Shown in pieces: positions 30,086 to 43,903 of a stretch of 64,000 bases of DNA (position 1 is its first letter; each line of letters begins with the position of its first letter). The stretch spans positions 186,001 to 250,000 of the forward strand of contig DF236993.1 in the NCBI GenBank assembly GCA_000708835.1. Reading direction: 5' to 3'. The notes beneath the pieces are model-generated. The model was not told the origin of the DNA and did not search any database. It was given only the letters and a program-made list of their open reading frames with translations. Made by a program: the position numbers and the translations under genes. This DNA comes from Klebsormidium nitens (taxonomy: Eukaryota > Plantae > Klebsormidiophyceae).

Positions 30086-32372
30086 CTGAGACAGAAAAGA
30101 AGGGACGGAGTTTGAGAGTTTTCAAGAGCAAATTCACCCCTTCAGATGCTACCGTAGCAAAGGGCACGGGGTTTTTTGCGAGAAAGGACCTGAACTTTGT
30201 TCACACTCTTCTCTACTGAACACAGTAATGATCATCAACCTGTCGGCCCTGCTGTGAATTGTGACCCTTCATTGTGAGATCTGAAGTGGGGCGCAGATTC
30301 CTTACATTCATGCACTCTCCGCTCCTTTGTTCATGCTGAGTGAAAGGAGTTCCTTTGCACCCACTGCGCAATATGGTCCCTTATGCCTACATTCTGCCAC
30401 CACTTCCTGACAACTCCCATCTGATACTCGGCATACAATTCTCTAGATTTCGGTCCGGCGGCAAAATTTTTGTTACATTTCTCTGTGCTTGACTTTTCTT
30501 GATGCTGAAGCAGGTCCCCTACAAATCTAATAGCAGAAAGAAACAGCGGCCCCATTCCGAAAGAAACAGCAGGCCCCTGAAAGGGTATGATTGCAACCGA
30601 GAGTAGGCTTGCCCCTAACTCTCTTGACACTAGTGAACCCCAGCAATCTCATTAGGAGCATCTTACTAGTTTTGCAGCTAATCTCCCAGTTTTGTCACTG
30701 CTGGTTGCTGCAATGGCGGGGAACCACAAGTGGCCCACCATGAGGCTGCATAACTATCAAGCGGTTGGGCCATTGCCATTTGGCTTCCAGCAAAATGATG
30801 GGCCAGGAATCTGCACTGCAATATCAACATGGATACAGAAGACTGCTTTAACCCTGCCATCAATAACCAATCATCTGGGACTACCACCATCTGAGACGGC
30901 CCTTGCTGCCCTCGCCTGTTCTGCGTATTCAGATGCTGAACTGGTTAACAAGCGGCAGTCGATACGTGAGCACTATCCTGCTTAAATAATGATGATTAAG
31001 CAGCGGCTTACACAACATTTGCCAACTTTGTTGTCCTCTCAGGGTCCAGGTTCAGAATTGCTGCTCCCTGCAGAACCTTCTCTGTAGACCAATGGCAGAC
31101 TGTCAGACTTTCAGAGCTCATTCGCCGCAGCAGAAATAGTAATGGAGCCAGGCGCGAGGTCTCTCGCAGAAAGAGAATAGAGAAGCGCTGGGTTAAAAGT
31201 CACATGTTGATTCAAAGCTTGCAAAGCGGACCAAGAAAACTCCTTGCTAGTCCTTCTGGAGTCTTCTTGACCACTTATGGACGGCTGACCTATCAGGGCA
31301 TCTGCTCAACCCGGAAGTAATGTCATTCACCTGGCCCAACGTTGGCTGTTGACCAAACATTCCAGATCCTTTGTACTGCGGAGCTTTCCCCGCCGCCTGA
31401 CATCAGCGCGTGCGCTGAGACCAACTCGCGCTGAGCCTTGAAGAAGCATTCAACCAGCTTTAAAGAGTCAACACAGCCGGCATTGAAGATCGATCCTCTG
31501 AAGATGGTGAAGTACCTTTTAATCTCCGCTCTCACATGCGGAAAGCCATGCCCTTGCATGGAAGCTCATTGCTTTCGAAAAGGGTCAGACAGCAGTTAGT
31601 TCTCAGCTCATGAGTCTGGGTTTACGATGCGTTGTGTTTGCTCAAACCCAGTCGGTCCGCTTCACCGGGTTGCATACAGACCTAGGGTTACCTACGGTAT
31701 TCAAAATCATTCTACGTCCCACAGACTACAGCGCCGGAATGCATGGCGGAGTCCGGTACCGGCCGGTTTCGCAGTCGGTGGGTTTCAATCCTCAAACCCA
31801 GTACGGTTAGCTGCGAAGCAGAGGATGATCCCTCTGCCTGGCTGAATCATGTCCTCCACACAGAAGTATACCCATCACCTGTACTTATGAGTTTTAAACG
31901 CTTCCATTCAATTCCAACGGCCATGTCATGCAGGTATAAATCACCACTAGATTTGTGCGCCACATCATCCGACAATGTCACAGCCACATACACTTTAAGT
32001 GCCTGACGCAAAGCATGTTTGAAAATCATTATGTACGATCAAGTACGCAGCATGTGCATGCAAACCTACTATCATGCAGCCATGCCAGATCGATAATGTC
32101 CGGGCTGATCTCCGCCAATGACCCATACGTACTTAAGGTCGGCGGCAATATTGTGATCGTGAAGGTTACAATATGCAGCAACCAAGGTAGCTGTATGGTC
32201 TGCCGCATTGTGCATTGTGACGCCACCATCCGAGAAACTCAGGACTCTCCGAGGCGTCCACTGTATATTGGGGGCATGGCACAATGTTTTCTGTCAGCGG
32301 ATGGACGATCAAGCCCGCCTCAATGCTTATCAACTCTCCCAACGAATGCCACCTCCGTAAGTGATCCCCGTG

Positions 32373-35300
32373 TCATTGAGGACCTTTCTTTCCGGGCCCC
32401 ATGGGAGGTGAAGCTTGCACAATCGGGTGACCGCCCCCGGCGCCAGGCAAGACTTGCATGTGAGGGGGCCCTGGGTGCATGTGGGGGTGTTGTTGGTAGG
32501 GGCCCTGCTGAAGGTGGGGAGGCGGCGGCTGGCCGGGAACAAAAGGAGCCCCGAAAGGCATCCCTTGCTGAGGGGGCATCCCGCCTGCGAGCAGGCCAGG
32601 AAGAAAGGTGTGGATTGAAGAGGATTAGCCAACCCCTTCTCCAAAAAATGCTGCGAGAAAAAGACCTTGTTCTGGCCCTTGTTCAAGCAAGCACGCCTCC
32701 GAATCTGTTCTCAGAGCGAATGCGACATACAGCGCGACTCAATCCCAGCGCTTGGTTTTTGAGCTTGTAACATTGAAACGGACGGATCAGCTGTCTTCAC
32801 AAGCACCGAACCGCAGCGCCCGCGCAAAGGGGCAGAGCGCCGCATCCTCTTGTAACACGCCAGGACAAGAACAAAAGCCTTGATGTCGATGTTAAAGAAC
32901 GAGATTCGTGTCGACTGTGACGCACGCTGTACCCAAAAGTTCCCCCCGTCGAGTACGATGAAAGCCGTCCAAGCACTTCAAGCTCAATCCAAAGCAACCG
33001 AAATTGACCAGAGAAATGGCAGCAATTTGACATGCTTCAAGGGGGAGTCCGAAGCCTCACCCCTGATCTTTTGTTGTTGGGGCGACTGCTGCTGCTGAGG
33101 TGGCGGCTGCTGAGGCTGTCCGGGGATGGGGGGCTGCCCAGGGATAGGAACAGGCTGGCCCGGCATCTGCAGGACGGCACGTGTCCGATCAGCCATAAGC
33201 CATGATCGCGTCAGACATAATTGATGGCCCCATGATCGACAGGTGGCGCCCAGAATCAGGACGCAGTTGGAAACATGGAGTTCGACGCAGGTTCAGGTTG
33301 AGAACAAATGCGAAATCTAGACCATATCCTACTTCGGATTGACGAGCAACTGAATACACGCCAAAATCCACATAAGCAACAGCGGTCCAGAGCAGATTGC
33401 TACTTAGCGGTTTAACGAGCTGCCAAACCCGCATATCCTTCCACCGGTCAAACAGGAGTCCAAAGCATATGCGACTCAGGGGATCATAAGCAGTACAAAG
33501 CATACGCTTTCCCCGCAGATGGATCCGCTTCACTCACGTATTGAGGGCCCATGATGACGGGCATGAGCTGTCCGTTGGGCATCCGGACGAACTGCTGGCC
33601 CGGCTGCTGCTGCGGGAACTGCTGCACCCCGGGGTACTGCATGAACGCGGGCTGGCCGGGCTGCATGGGGGGGCCCTGGGGGAAGCCCATCTGCTGCTGG
33701 TACATCGGCTGGGGGGGGGGAGGGGGAGGACAAGAATGAGCAGTTGGTTTGAGAAAAGATTCTACAGAGCCGTTTATTGCTGGACTAGGGGTGAGGGGTA
33801 GGGGGTGACACGAAGGTAACAGGTGTTCTATAGTTGGAGTTGCATCAAAGTTGACGAGAGACGAAGGGGAAAAGGACGGAGGTTGGCAAACTTGCTTCTC
33901 AACAGCGGTTCAGACAGACCGGGAGTGATAACTGCGGAGTGATATCTGAGCTTTTGACCGGGAGAGAGCTGCTGCTGGACACATTGGCTGAAGAGGAGGT
34001 GTAAGGGAGAGGTCAGCAGATTTAATCTGGGGGGGTAAGGGGGGAAGGGGACGCGTTTCTGAAGACGAATTTGGATAAAAACCTGATTCAGGTTGCAGCA
34101 CCGACTGACGTCTGCCAAAACCGGCGAAAGCAGCCGCAGTGACCAGAGCGCTCAGCGAGTGGGAACTGCCATGAGTTGCGCATGCTATCTGCTACACCTT
34201 ATTCCGTTGCTGGTCTTTCCAACATCCATACAATATCAGGCTCGAGCAGAGACTGAAGGCTTCGCAGGAGAGCAGACAAGAGTACTTGGATCCACGGCAG
34301 CGCAATAAGCGCACAACGGCGAAAGAAGGAAAAGTGCCATTTCTCACCTGCTGCTGCCCCTGCGCCGGGCGCATCCCCGGCTGGCCCGGCATCATCGGCT
34401 GCCCCGGCACCTGCCCCCCGGGCACAAACTGCGGCTGCTGAATAAACGCCCCGGGCTGCATTTGCTGCATCTGGAACTGGTTGTACTGCCCCGGTTGTTG
34501 CATGAACTGGCCCGGGGGAACCCCCTGGGGGGGCATCCCTTGGTGCATGAAGACCGGTTGCTGAGGGGGCTGCTGCTGAGGGGGGGGATGGTGGTGGGGG
34601 GGGTGCTGGGGAGACGCAATCGGACGGTTGGAGTAGTGGGAGGAGGCGCTCGAGGGGCGGCTCCCGGGGACGAACTCCTTGGCGCCCGGATTGAACTTGA
34701 ACTCCTGTAGGGAGGAAGCGGTGATGTATAATAAGGAAGGGAAAGGAAGGGGAGTGGGGCAGGGAATCGCTCTAACCACTGCTTCAGTTAGCAAGGCCGC
34801 ATCTCGGAACAATAGTGGGTCTCGCACCTCTCCTAGTGAGATCAGTGCCCGGGGACAAAATTAGGAAACTCTGATTACAATTAGGACATCTGCTGTAACG
34901 GGACGAGGCACGTTTGGTTTTCAGACTGTTTTTGCGCAGGATCCGCACAGGTTTGCCGTCAATAACAATTCGGCGCCTACGGCATTGCATAGGGATGCGA
35001 CTGATCGCAAACATGATGTTTGGGCATGTTGGAAACGACTGTGGTTGCCACTGCTCTCTATAGGTAGAAAGTGGCAGGATCAAACTAAGACCACTTCAAA
35101 AAGCTCAGAGAGGTGGCGACAGTATCACTTAAACTTTATACGTTGGCAAGACAAGAATTGGCACCCCTACAGAGTGCCCCATTTGCTCTTGAAACAGACA
35201 CAACCAGACGCTGCAGAGCTATGTCCGTACTCCAAAAGGATCACTGCCCAAGCGATAAAGCTCAAAACAGAAATCAAAACGGCGCCATGAAGAAGAGCAC

Positions 35301-38300
35301 CGATTTGGCACTGCTCTCCTTGGGCGCTAGCTCACGGCTGGGATCCGCGAAAAACAGAATTAAACCTCTTTTTGAGCACCTTACCTTTGCATTGGGGTTC
35401 AGCTTCGACTTAGCGGGCGTGGCCCCCTCGCCCCCGGAAGAAGTCACGCTCGCCGCTTCCGATGTAATGCTTCCCGCTCTCGACATCGGGCTGGAGGGCT
35501 TAGATGGGGTCGAGGGTTTCGAGGGGATCCCGCTGGACGTGCCACTTGGCGCATCGGGTTTGGAGGGTTTGGGCGGCACAGGGGAGGAGGGCTTCGCGGC
35601 AGGGGGTGCCGAGAGGGGCTGCTTGGAGGGGGGCTTGAGCACTGCGGGGGAAACGATTGCTAGAGTCAGCTTTGGAGGCGTGAACGATCGGGGGTGGATA
35701 AGGCGCTTCAAGTCTTGCGCAGCTTAACCCCGTTGTGTCTAGTGATGGGTTCGTCATAGAAACCTCCGCCCTTAACAAGTCTCGATCATCTGAAAACAGC
35801 GCTGGATTTGGTCCAAAACAGGACTCACCTATTGCGTGGACCCAAATTCTCTGCTTCCTGCTGAACGAAGTGTCGACCATGATGACAGTCACATAATCGA
35901 AGCGTTTACTTCTGGAAGTAAATGGTGCAAACCTTTGGTACTGTCGGAAACAAAGCGTTGCTGACGAACAAACCTAAAGCTTAAGCAACCAGGTGGACTT
36001 TCAATTCTACTACTCAGCACCGCTTTCCTAGAACCAGCGCATACCATCTCCGTTCCCTCACATGAAGGAACCCACAAAACAAATAATTCTGTTCAACAAA
36101 AACGTGTAATCAATCACCAAATCCAACAGCTTCTGAGCCGCACTAGTATTCTCGTCAAGCGCCAGCCGAGATGCAGGTTCGCGCACAAGTCAGCACTCGG
36201 TCTAGCAGAGTCTGGTCAACATTAATCGGCTGAGCAACTCCCTATCGTGAGCAATTTCATTCCATTCCTACCGAAAGCAATCCCCTTCCACTCTCTATCC
36301 AAAAGCGATTTCATTCCACTTCCTACCGGGAGCAATCTCATTACTGTCTATCCGGAGCAATCAAAAGCCTGATTGCAAAAAGCACGTGCTAGTCCCCCTC
36401 ACCTTTGTCTCCTGGTGGCGCCGCCTGCGCCGTTGCCGCGGCCGCGGCCGCAGCTGCCGCCTTTTGTGCGATGCTTGCAGGCGACTGGGCCCGCTGCTTG
36501 CGCGCTTCCGATGCCATGGCGTCACTCTTTCTGACGTCACCACTGGGCGAACTCGTCCGACTGGTGTGCTCTCTGTGCTTGGCACCGGACCGAGAGTGCT
36601 CTCCCGGGGGGGTCTCCTGGGCCGTGGGGCGACCCCCCTCGGGCTGGGACGGTGTTCGGGGGACACGGGGGGAGCCCATGCGGGGCGATCCCTCGGCGTC
36701 CTTCTTGAGACCCTGAGGACAAGGCGAGGTTGTTGACTGAGACGTAGAAGCATAGCGGCTCCTCGTTTGGACCAAATACTCCGGACAGATGAAGACTGAA
36801 GGGATTGACAGACCTCACATCAAGGGCTTCTGAAATGGGGATGCAATGGGAGCCTCTTATCGTGAAATACGCAGCCTCAACTCTGGACAACGCGTTGCTT
36901 CTCCAAGGATGAGTCCTACAGACGACCAGCAGAATGGGGAAGATGTCCGTAAGCAGACAACCTCGAAAGCTCCATCAAAAACCTCAAGACTCGAGATGCA
37001 CGCCGGGATCCATCAGAAACTATTGATGACTGGGCAGGCAATTCCCTGGCTCCCTGTAGTCTTGCAGAATTAGTAATTATCGAAAACTCTTAGGTTGCCA
37101 TTGCCTACAGATAATGAAAGGGAGATGCCTCACCTTCCCGTAGGTCTCGGAGAAGGAGCGCAGCTCGTTGGTCTGGTGGTCGCGCGCGTCCTTGACCATC
37201 TGCGCGCTGTCCCCCTGAATCGACTTCTTGAACTCGTGGAAGTCCCTGCCGAGAGCAAAAGATGGCGTCAGCTGATGTCAGCAAATCGGAAGCTCCGCCT
37301 ACTAAATCCTACGTACCCAACTGCAGACTCTCGGGAAGAATTCCAACTCTGAGCCCGGTTATGAGGACGTTTTGGGGGTGACCGCTGGGAGCTTGCCAGA
37401 AAACACTATGAAAAGCAAACCCAGTGTGGTGTACGGCGAACTAGCCCCGAACGAGAATGGTGTACACAAACTTTGCAGAAGTGATGGAAACCTGTTTTTT
37501 ATATGACCCAAGAACCTGGCGGATGTGAAAAGTTCTGCGAGGAAGCAGGAGGAAGCAGGAGGAACGAGGAAGCAGGAGCAGGAACACGCAAAAGGGGCCA
37601 GAGTCCTTGAAAAGCAGCAACTCCAGGGGAATCACTTGGCTGATGACATTCAATTTACCGAAGACTTCTTCCGTAATAAGGATTCGAGTCATCTTCGACG
37701 AAGCAGACGAGAGAGAGGAACAAGAAGGAAGCAGACGAGAGAGAAACAAAAAGGACCTGCGTAGTGTAGCCCAAAGTTCAGATAAGTGATACAGCAGACG
37801 AGGGAGATAGAAAGAGAGCAGCTGAACGGAAAAGACAACCAACAATAAGCGGAGGCCGGCTTACTTGAGCACTTCCTCAGTGACGTGGGGAATGGTGGGG
37901 TCGAGGTTGAGGGCCTGGATAGCGGGGTCGCCAGCAACCAGGGGCGACGTGAGAGGGGAGCGCCGGCCCACGGGGCTGCCGTATGGAGATCCACTCTGAG
38001 AAGCAAGCAAGACAAATCTCACTGGTGTAACATGCGGAATGCGTGCATACTGAGTGCGTTTTCCCACCCTGACGAAATGCACGCCGTCCTTTCCCACAAT
38101 CTGGGTCACTACCAGGTATCGAGCCTACAGAACGACCGATCTTAGCAGCTAAAGGGATCGTATACTGCGAAAGATGTCACAAACCCCGAATTCATGCACG
38201 CACACGAGCCTCCTGATCCAACGCCGCAAAGAAAGCTGCAGCCCCGTAACAACCCGTGAAAACATCAGCAACTGGACACTCTGCACCTTGCGGCCTTCGC

Positions 38301-41300
38301 TTCTTCCTAGTAGCATCCTAACATGCTTTCATTTCGGGCGTCAAATCAGCACCAACGAAGATCCGCCCAACGAAGATCCGTCCCACTACTAGACAACGTC
38401 AAGGGACAGCCGAGGGAGATGGGAGCTCACCTTGGGCACCTTCTTGGTTGTCGGGACGTGCAATCGCAGCTGCAAATGCTCCTTGAACAGATCCGATGGC
38501 TCGTCCGGGCTAGACCCGCCCTCCCGAAGCTGCCTGCTGCCGCCCGACTGCAAGAAGAAACCACGTGGCAAAGCGTCACGACACAAACCTCTTTGACAGT
38601 CTTGCTTTGCTTTCCTTTCACACGGTAGCACGGATCCCGGAGGAATTGGAAGAAGTTTGTTTTAGCAATTGGGAAAGATTGACGGAGCAGGTGAAAGCGG
38701 AGCTCACCCCTAATGAACCTGAATGCAAAGAGATATGATTGAATGTAGACAATGACTATTGAGACCGTCCTGACGATCGATTCAATCAACATTGCCAACC
38801 GTTTTGCCTACGTCTTTCTTCCCGTGCCTAGGACTCTTCGTACTGATATGCGAGCACAGACGGACAGAATCACCCACGTGCTCGTCTCTGCGTCTGCAGG
38901 CCCGCCGACGTCTCGCCATTCCGGTCATACATTGCCTCCCATCTTTCTCACGGCTCTCGCGTCCTTCAGCTTGAAAGCTTTCGAAAGCAGGCAGAGACAG
39001 GAAACACCAGCCCTCCCGCGGGCAAAGAGAACAGTGAAGGGTGAAATCACGACCCACCTGCTCGGTGTTGCCGTCCGCCGGCCCAACGTCCCCAAACGTC
39101 TCATCGTTCCGGTCGTCGATGCTGCGGTCGTGCTCGTCCTCGTTGGCCTGCGCGTCGTTCTCGCCGCGGAGGACCGAAGAGAAGCGCTCCTCCTCGCCCA
39201 GGGCCTCGATCTCGGGGGCCGCCTTTTGGCCGCGCTCCTGCAACCAGGAGGATGTAGAGCATCAGCTTGCGTGTTCTCGTAAGGGTGCGCGTCGACCGCA
39301 AACATCTTGGCCTCCAATGTTGCCTTTGTAGTACCGCCAAGTAGGAGGTACGATACTTTTCATGCCGAAATACTGCTCTAGAATGTACCCTTTTAACGAC
39401 GTGGATCTAAAGGGACCATGCATTGGCTCGAGAATTTGGAAAGCTTTTAGCACGTTTTCGGTCGATGCGAACCCTGATTCGAGGTGCAGCCTTCAAATCT
39501 CGTCTGGTTTAGCGGGTCGCCTTCTGCCGCGCTCCTGTCCCTTCTGCACAACTTTGAGCTCCAAGCTTCAAGGGGATGCAAGAAGGCCGCGTCAGAGCAG
39601 CAGGGCCTGGTCCGCTGATGATCCCAGTGGTGAAAAAGCTAGTGATCCGTGGAAAAGCAGGCCTTACCTCCGCCAGATGCGGATTCTTCGACGTCGACTG
39701 CTCAATCTCCCGCGCGATGCGGGCTGCCTCACGCTCGCGCTGCCGGGACAGCGCGTCGTTCCCCTTCTCCAGCGGCGTCGTGTAGAAGTTCTCGTCGAAT
39801 GTCGTGCGCACGCCGAAGAGCTCCCGGTTGGTCGCGAATTGGTCCCAGCGTCTGCGGTCAGATCAAACAGACGTCACTATTGAGGTAGAATGGATCAAAA
39901 TGCTCTTGCAAAGCCCTCGATACAAGGAAGAGCTTGATCAGGAAAGCCAGCTGAAGAGTGAGTGCAAAGACGATGGGAGGCTTTCAGGAGCACAAGGCGA
40001 AGAGCTGGTGAACTGCAAAACAACCACTTGCAGACACACCAACAAAATCGACCCCGACCAAACGGCTCACCGATACTCGCCCTCTAAACTCCTCTTCTGA
40101 AACAATACACGACCACCTCCACCAAGTCTACCATCATGATGAGACCATTCAAACACCTCCGTTCTCAGCTCTTTGCACGCCCCAGGGAGCCTATCGCTTC
40201 AAACTGTGGCCCCTTCCAATCTGCTCACCCGCTGCCGCTTCCGCTGCTTCCACCGCTGCCCCACGGCCCGCTGCTCGGCCCCTCCAGTCGGTAGTCCGCC
40301 GGCCGAACATCCGATGCTTCGGGCTTCCAAGGCTTGAGCTCCCGCCCCTCGAAGCTGGCGCGCCGCCGCGAGATCCCGGTGTCAGTGATGACGTCATCAA
40401 GGCCGCGCAGGCTGCCATTGGTGAGAGCGTCGCTGGATAGAGGGACTTCCTGCAAAGGAAAAAACGTCGGCGGTAAAAAGGGTCGTTGTAGTTCGGAGGG
40501 ATTTACAAGAAGCTGTCAATGATTGTTCAAGTCCAGGATGATCGAGTACGAAAGCATTGGGTGGTTCTGCTAGAATGATGCCTCCGGATACGTGGCAGTG
40601 TGATGTCGAGATATCACTGGCCACACGGATACTTCACTGATCAGGGCATTCGCAAACATGACACTGGCAAAGAAAAGAAATCATCTGGTGAACGCAGCAT
40701 GGATCATCGGTGTCAAAGGGCTGCCCCCATGCTTCTTTAGCCCCCACCTTTGCCACAATCTGCACAAAGTCCCCATGGTGAATGTACACCGTTTTCATGG
40801 GCGGCTTCCGAGACGCTTCCCTCACGGCATCCGACTTTGCAATCGTCCTCCCGTCCTTGCCAACCTCGCGCACGAGCCGGGCCATTTTCAGCACCACGCC
40901 TGCCAGACACAAGCCGGACGGATCAGTCAAAAGGGATGTGCAGGAACAACGTGTTCCCTATTGCTCGACCATGGTTGACACATGAAAGAAATCATATAGT
41001 TGTCACACTAAATGTTGGCAAGGTATGTGCGCAGGGTAAACCCCGATCTTTTGGTACAGGACTTGTCGCAGAAGGGTCCTTATTGACATGATTAATTCCA
41101 GAGGCGTGCCGAGATTCCCGTCAACCAAGGTGCGGAGGCAATCACAAATTGCATGTTTGAAATCAGAAGACATTCATGTTCCTGCGGATGAAATGACGCC
41201 AAAGCTTAGGAGGAAACATGCGCATTAAGTGCTTACCCCACCTTCTGAAGGGTGGTCACAGTCTGCAACAGAAAGCTTCCCCTAATGCTACTGACCCTGA

Positions 41301-42038
41301 CGCAAAGACACCGCTAATGGTCAAGTGATCTATCTACTTTGTTTCTAACCTGCTGGCTCTGTATCTTGAGATTATGAGCGGCAATTGCACGCCCCGTTCG
41401 TGCACATTATGCTCAGAACGGAGGACCATTGAAACAAAAACTTCTTTGACATATCTGTTTGGGCGGCGGGCCACGAGACTTGAGCCCCGCCAGAGAGCTC
41501 CTGAACACATCCGCATAAGCGACAACCGGCAGTCATCTGATTGCAAGTAGAGCATAACCAAACCTCTGACCCTGAACTATTTGGTCAGGGACCTGGCGCC
41601 TCCAAAACTACATCACTCACCAAACTCCCTCCCTTCCTCTGCTTCTCGTGTGTGGAAGATGCCCTGAAAAACGGCCCCGTCCGTTTTCTGCACCTCCACC
41701 GTCTGCCCCACCAGGCACATCATCAATTTGTTGAAATCCTCCTCATGCCCCCCCTCCCGGCGGCCCCCCGCAGGACTGCTCCGCCCCACGGATCCCCCCC
41801 CCCTCGGACCCATCCCATTCGACCTGCCATCTGCACCCCCCCTGCCGTGGCCGTAATGTCCGCCTGATCCCCCCCCACCATGTCTGAGGGGCGCCGGCCG
41901 GTAGGGTTCTGGACGGGGACCCGTGCTGTCCCTGGTTTTGTCGGCAGGTAGACCAGAGTCACTGCTTCTCCGACGACCGGTGACGGGGCCAGAGGGGTAT
42001 GCAGGGCGCTGGGGGGTGGTCGCGTGCTGCTGGCTCAT
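32373..42038 (-). CDS. ATXN2: Ataxin-2-like / CID3-4 PABP-interacting RNA-binding protein
   Basis: Exons 42038-41621, 40899-40748, 40449-40229, 39851-39668, 39237-39058, 38547-38431, 37995-37865, 37245-37134, 36712-36403, 35641-35385, 34704-34348, 33708-33538, 33166-33061, 32584-32373. LSm domain (LVGQTVEVQKTDGAVFQGIFHT), LsmAD (WDQFATNRELFGVRTTFDENFYTT), tandem PAM2 (SKLNPNAKEFKFNPGAKEFVP), Q/P-rich tail. Confidence 0.93.
36250..36362. repeat. Intronic ~26-bp minisatellite (4-5 degenerate units)
   Basis: (g/a)agcaat.tc.ttcca..(t/c)ct(a/c).. units recur. Confidence 0.7.
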
Positions 42039-43903
42039 GGTGGCGTTAAGTTGGTGGGACTCTGCAAATCAGTATGCTTAAACTTGGTGAGTAACAAGCG
42101 ACACTGCTCAATGCACCTGACCAAAGTCGTAATCAATCAAAAGACATCAAGGTCCATTGCAGCGGCTAAAATTGGCAGATCAAGGAAACTGGAAGAAGTG
42201 CTAGCTCACACTGCAACAGGGAATTGATGAAGGGCCAGCGCTCTGACTTGCATTGCATCCTTTCCGACAGGGCAGTGCAACAATTCAGTGAAAACAATGG
42301 ACCTGGTACATATTTGCGCCTTCGAAGTTTCCAGACTTAGCGCTGATATTAGCTGTCAAGGCTTGCAGGTTTTTCTACTTCGGAAGCGTTCTGCAGATCA
42401 AGTAGGCAAACATGGTAACAACATCAAACATCTCAAAACATCTCAGAAGGATTAGACTGGCTTACTTCACACATTATAAGGCCTTAAGACAGAGAGAGAT
42501 AGCTAGAGAATATCTTGAATCAGATGTCAAGGGTGCAGTTCGATAACAAATGTTGCGCCTCTCCAACACATTCTTCAAAATCTGCCATTTCGAAGCAGGT
42601 CGTTTGTTCAATCGCATTCGAGCACTCCTCCAAAATTTCAAAAGATTCAAGCAGATGCAGCCAAAACAGAAAGTGCACTAGGGTATGTGTTCAAATGCAT
42701 TCGAGCCTCCTCCTAGCGTTATGTCCAACCTTTCTTCGCAAAAGTTAGGGTTATTCCCACCCAGCCCAGGCTCTCGAGACGTCAACTCTGGTAAAACCCG
42801 GCGCATTCAACCAGGGTGTGCTGTTCTAAACGTGGTAAAGGTTTTCTCCAAGCAACAGCAGCACTTGAGGGTGGACATGTCTGACCTTGCAGATGATCAC
42901 TCCAAAACTAACTGATCAGTATCAGTAACAAAAGATTAAGAAGGAAGGCAATGATTCTTTTCTCACCGACTCAACGCAGCTGGGGCTGAAAATTGGGGAG
43001 GACAGAGCAGGACAGCTTTGTGTTCAAGGTCTGACCAAACAGGTTGTACACCCAGATGTAGACGGATGTGCACCAAACTTGAACTGAAGCACCCGCGCGT
43101 GACCTGACAGGACTGTGTCTGATTGACCGGTAAGTGTACAGCTCTGCAAACACTGTGGATCAATGAACGGCGCTTCACACAACTCGATACAAATGCCGTC
43201 TGCGCTGGCTGCACCAGTGTAAGCTCCCCAAGTCGAAGCTTCTTTTCCCAGACAATCCACCGTCAGATATCGTCAGACAGCGTTTTGAGGAAGTCAAGCA
43301 AGGGGTGTGCAGGACCTGCAAGCGACCTGCCCCTGAGGAGCGACTCCTGAGGAACAACCTGCAGCAGACACTCATAGGATGCGCTCGTTTGAGGGGAGAT
43401 CGGAGGAAGGAAGGGTGGGTTTTGCTCTTGCCATAGGAAGACGTGCCCTTGTCAATGCAAGCTGGTCAGGCTTATGACATTCAGGGGAACCCTAGAAATG
43501 ATCAGCTCCGAACGGAAAGCGGAGTTACTTGCAGCCGTGCAATGCTTCATCGACGGCTGTACATGCTCAAATGGCAATGAACGCTGGTTCTTCGAAGGCG
43601 GTCCGATGAGTCCAAAGGGTGATCGACGGGCTGTGTCGCCCGTGTTTTCAAGCTTCCCGCCAAAGGTTTTTGACTCGATTCAAAGATCGACAGAGTCTCC
43701 AACTCCAAGTTGTGATTCACAGCGCCTGCCTTGTCGCTGCGCCTGCTTTGACCCAAGACATTCGCAATTCGTTTCAAGAGCTTCGGGAGGGAATGTTGTT
43801 GACCAGATGAGGGCGTGTGGCTGGCGGCCTGAGCGGAAAAGAAGTGTTGAACACGTGCGGTCCGTTTAATCACACAGCCTCTGAGACCGATTGCTCTGCA
43901 AAG

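Noticed and set aside
31955-32770. 271-aa plus-strand ORF
   Set aside because: Antisense to the last GC-rich ATXN2 exon and its 3' UTR; no recognisable motifs.
35113-36890. Several 100-200-aa ORFs on both strands
   Set aside because: Shadow frames of Pro/Ser/Ala-rich ATXN2 exons.
42963-43360. Stop-interrupted minus-strand frame resembling an F-box start (LDFLKTLSDDI*RWIVW)
   Set aside because: The resemblance is too weak to call a pseudogene without a search.
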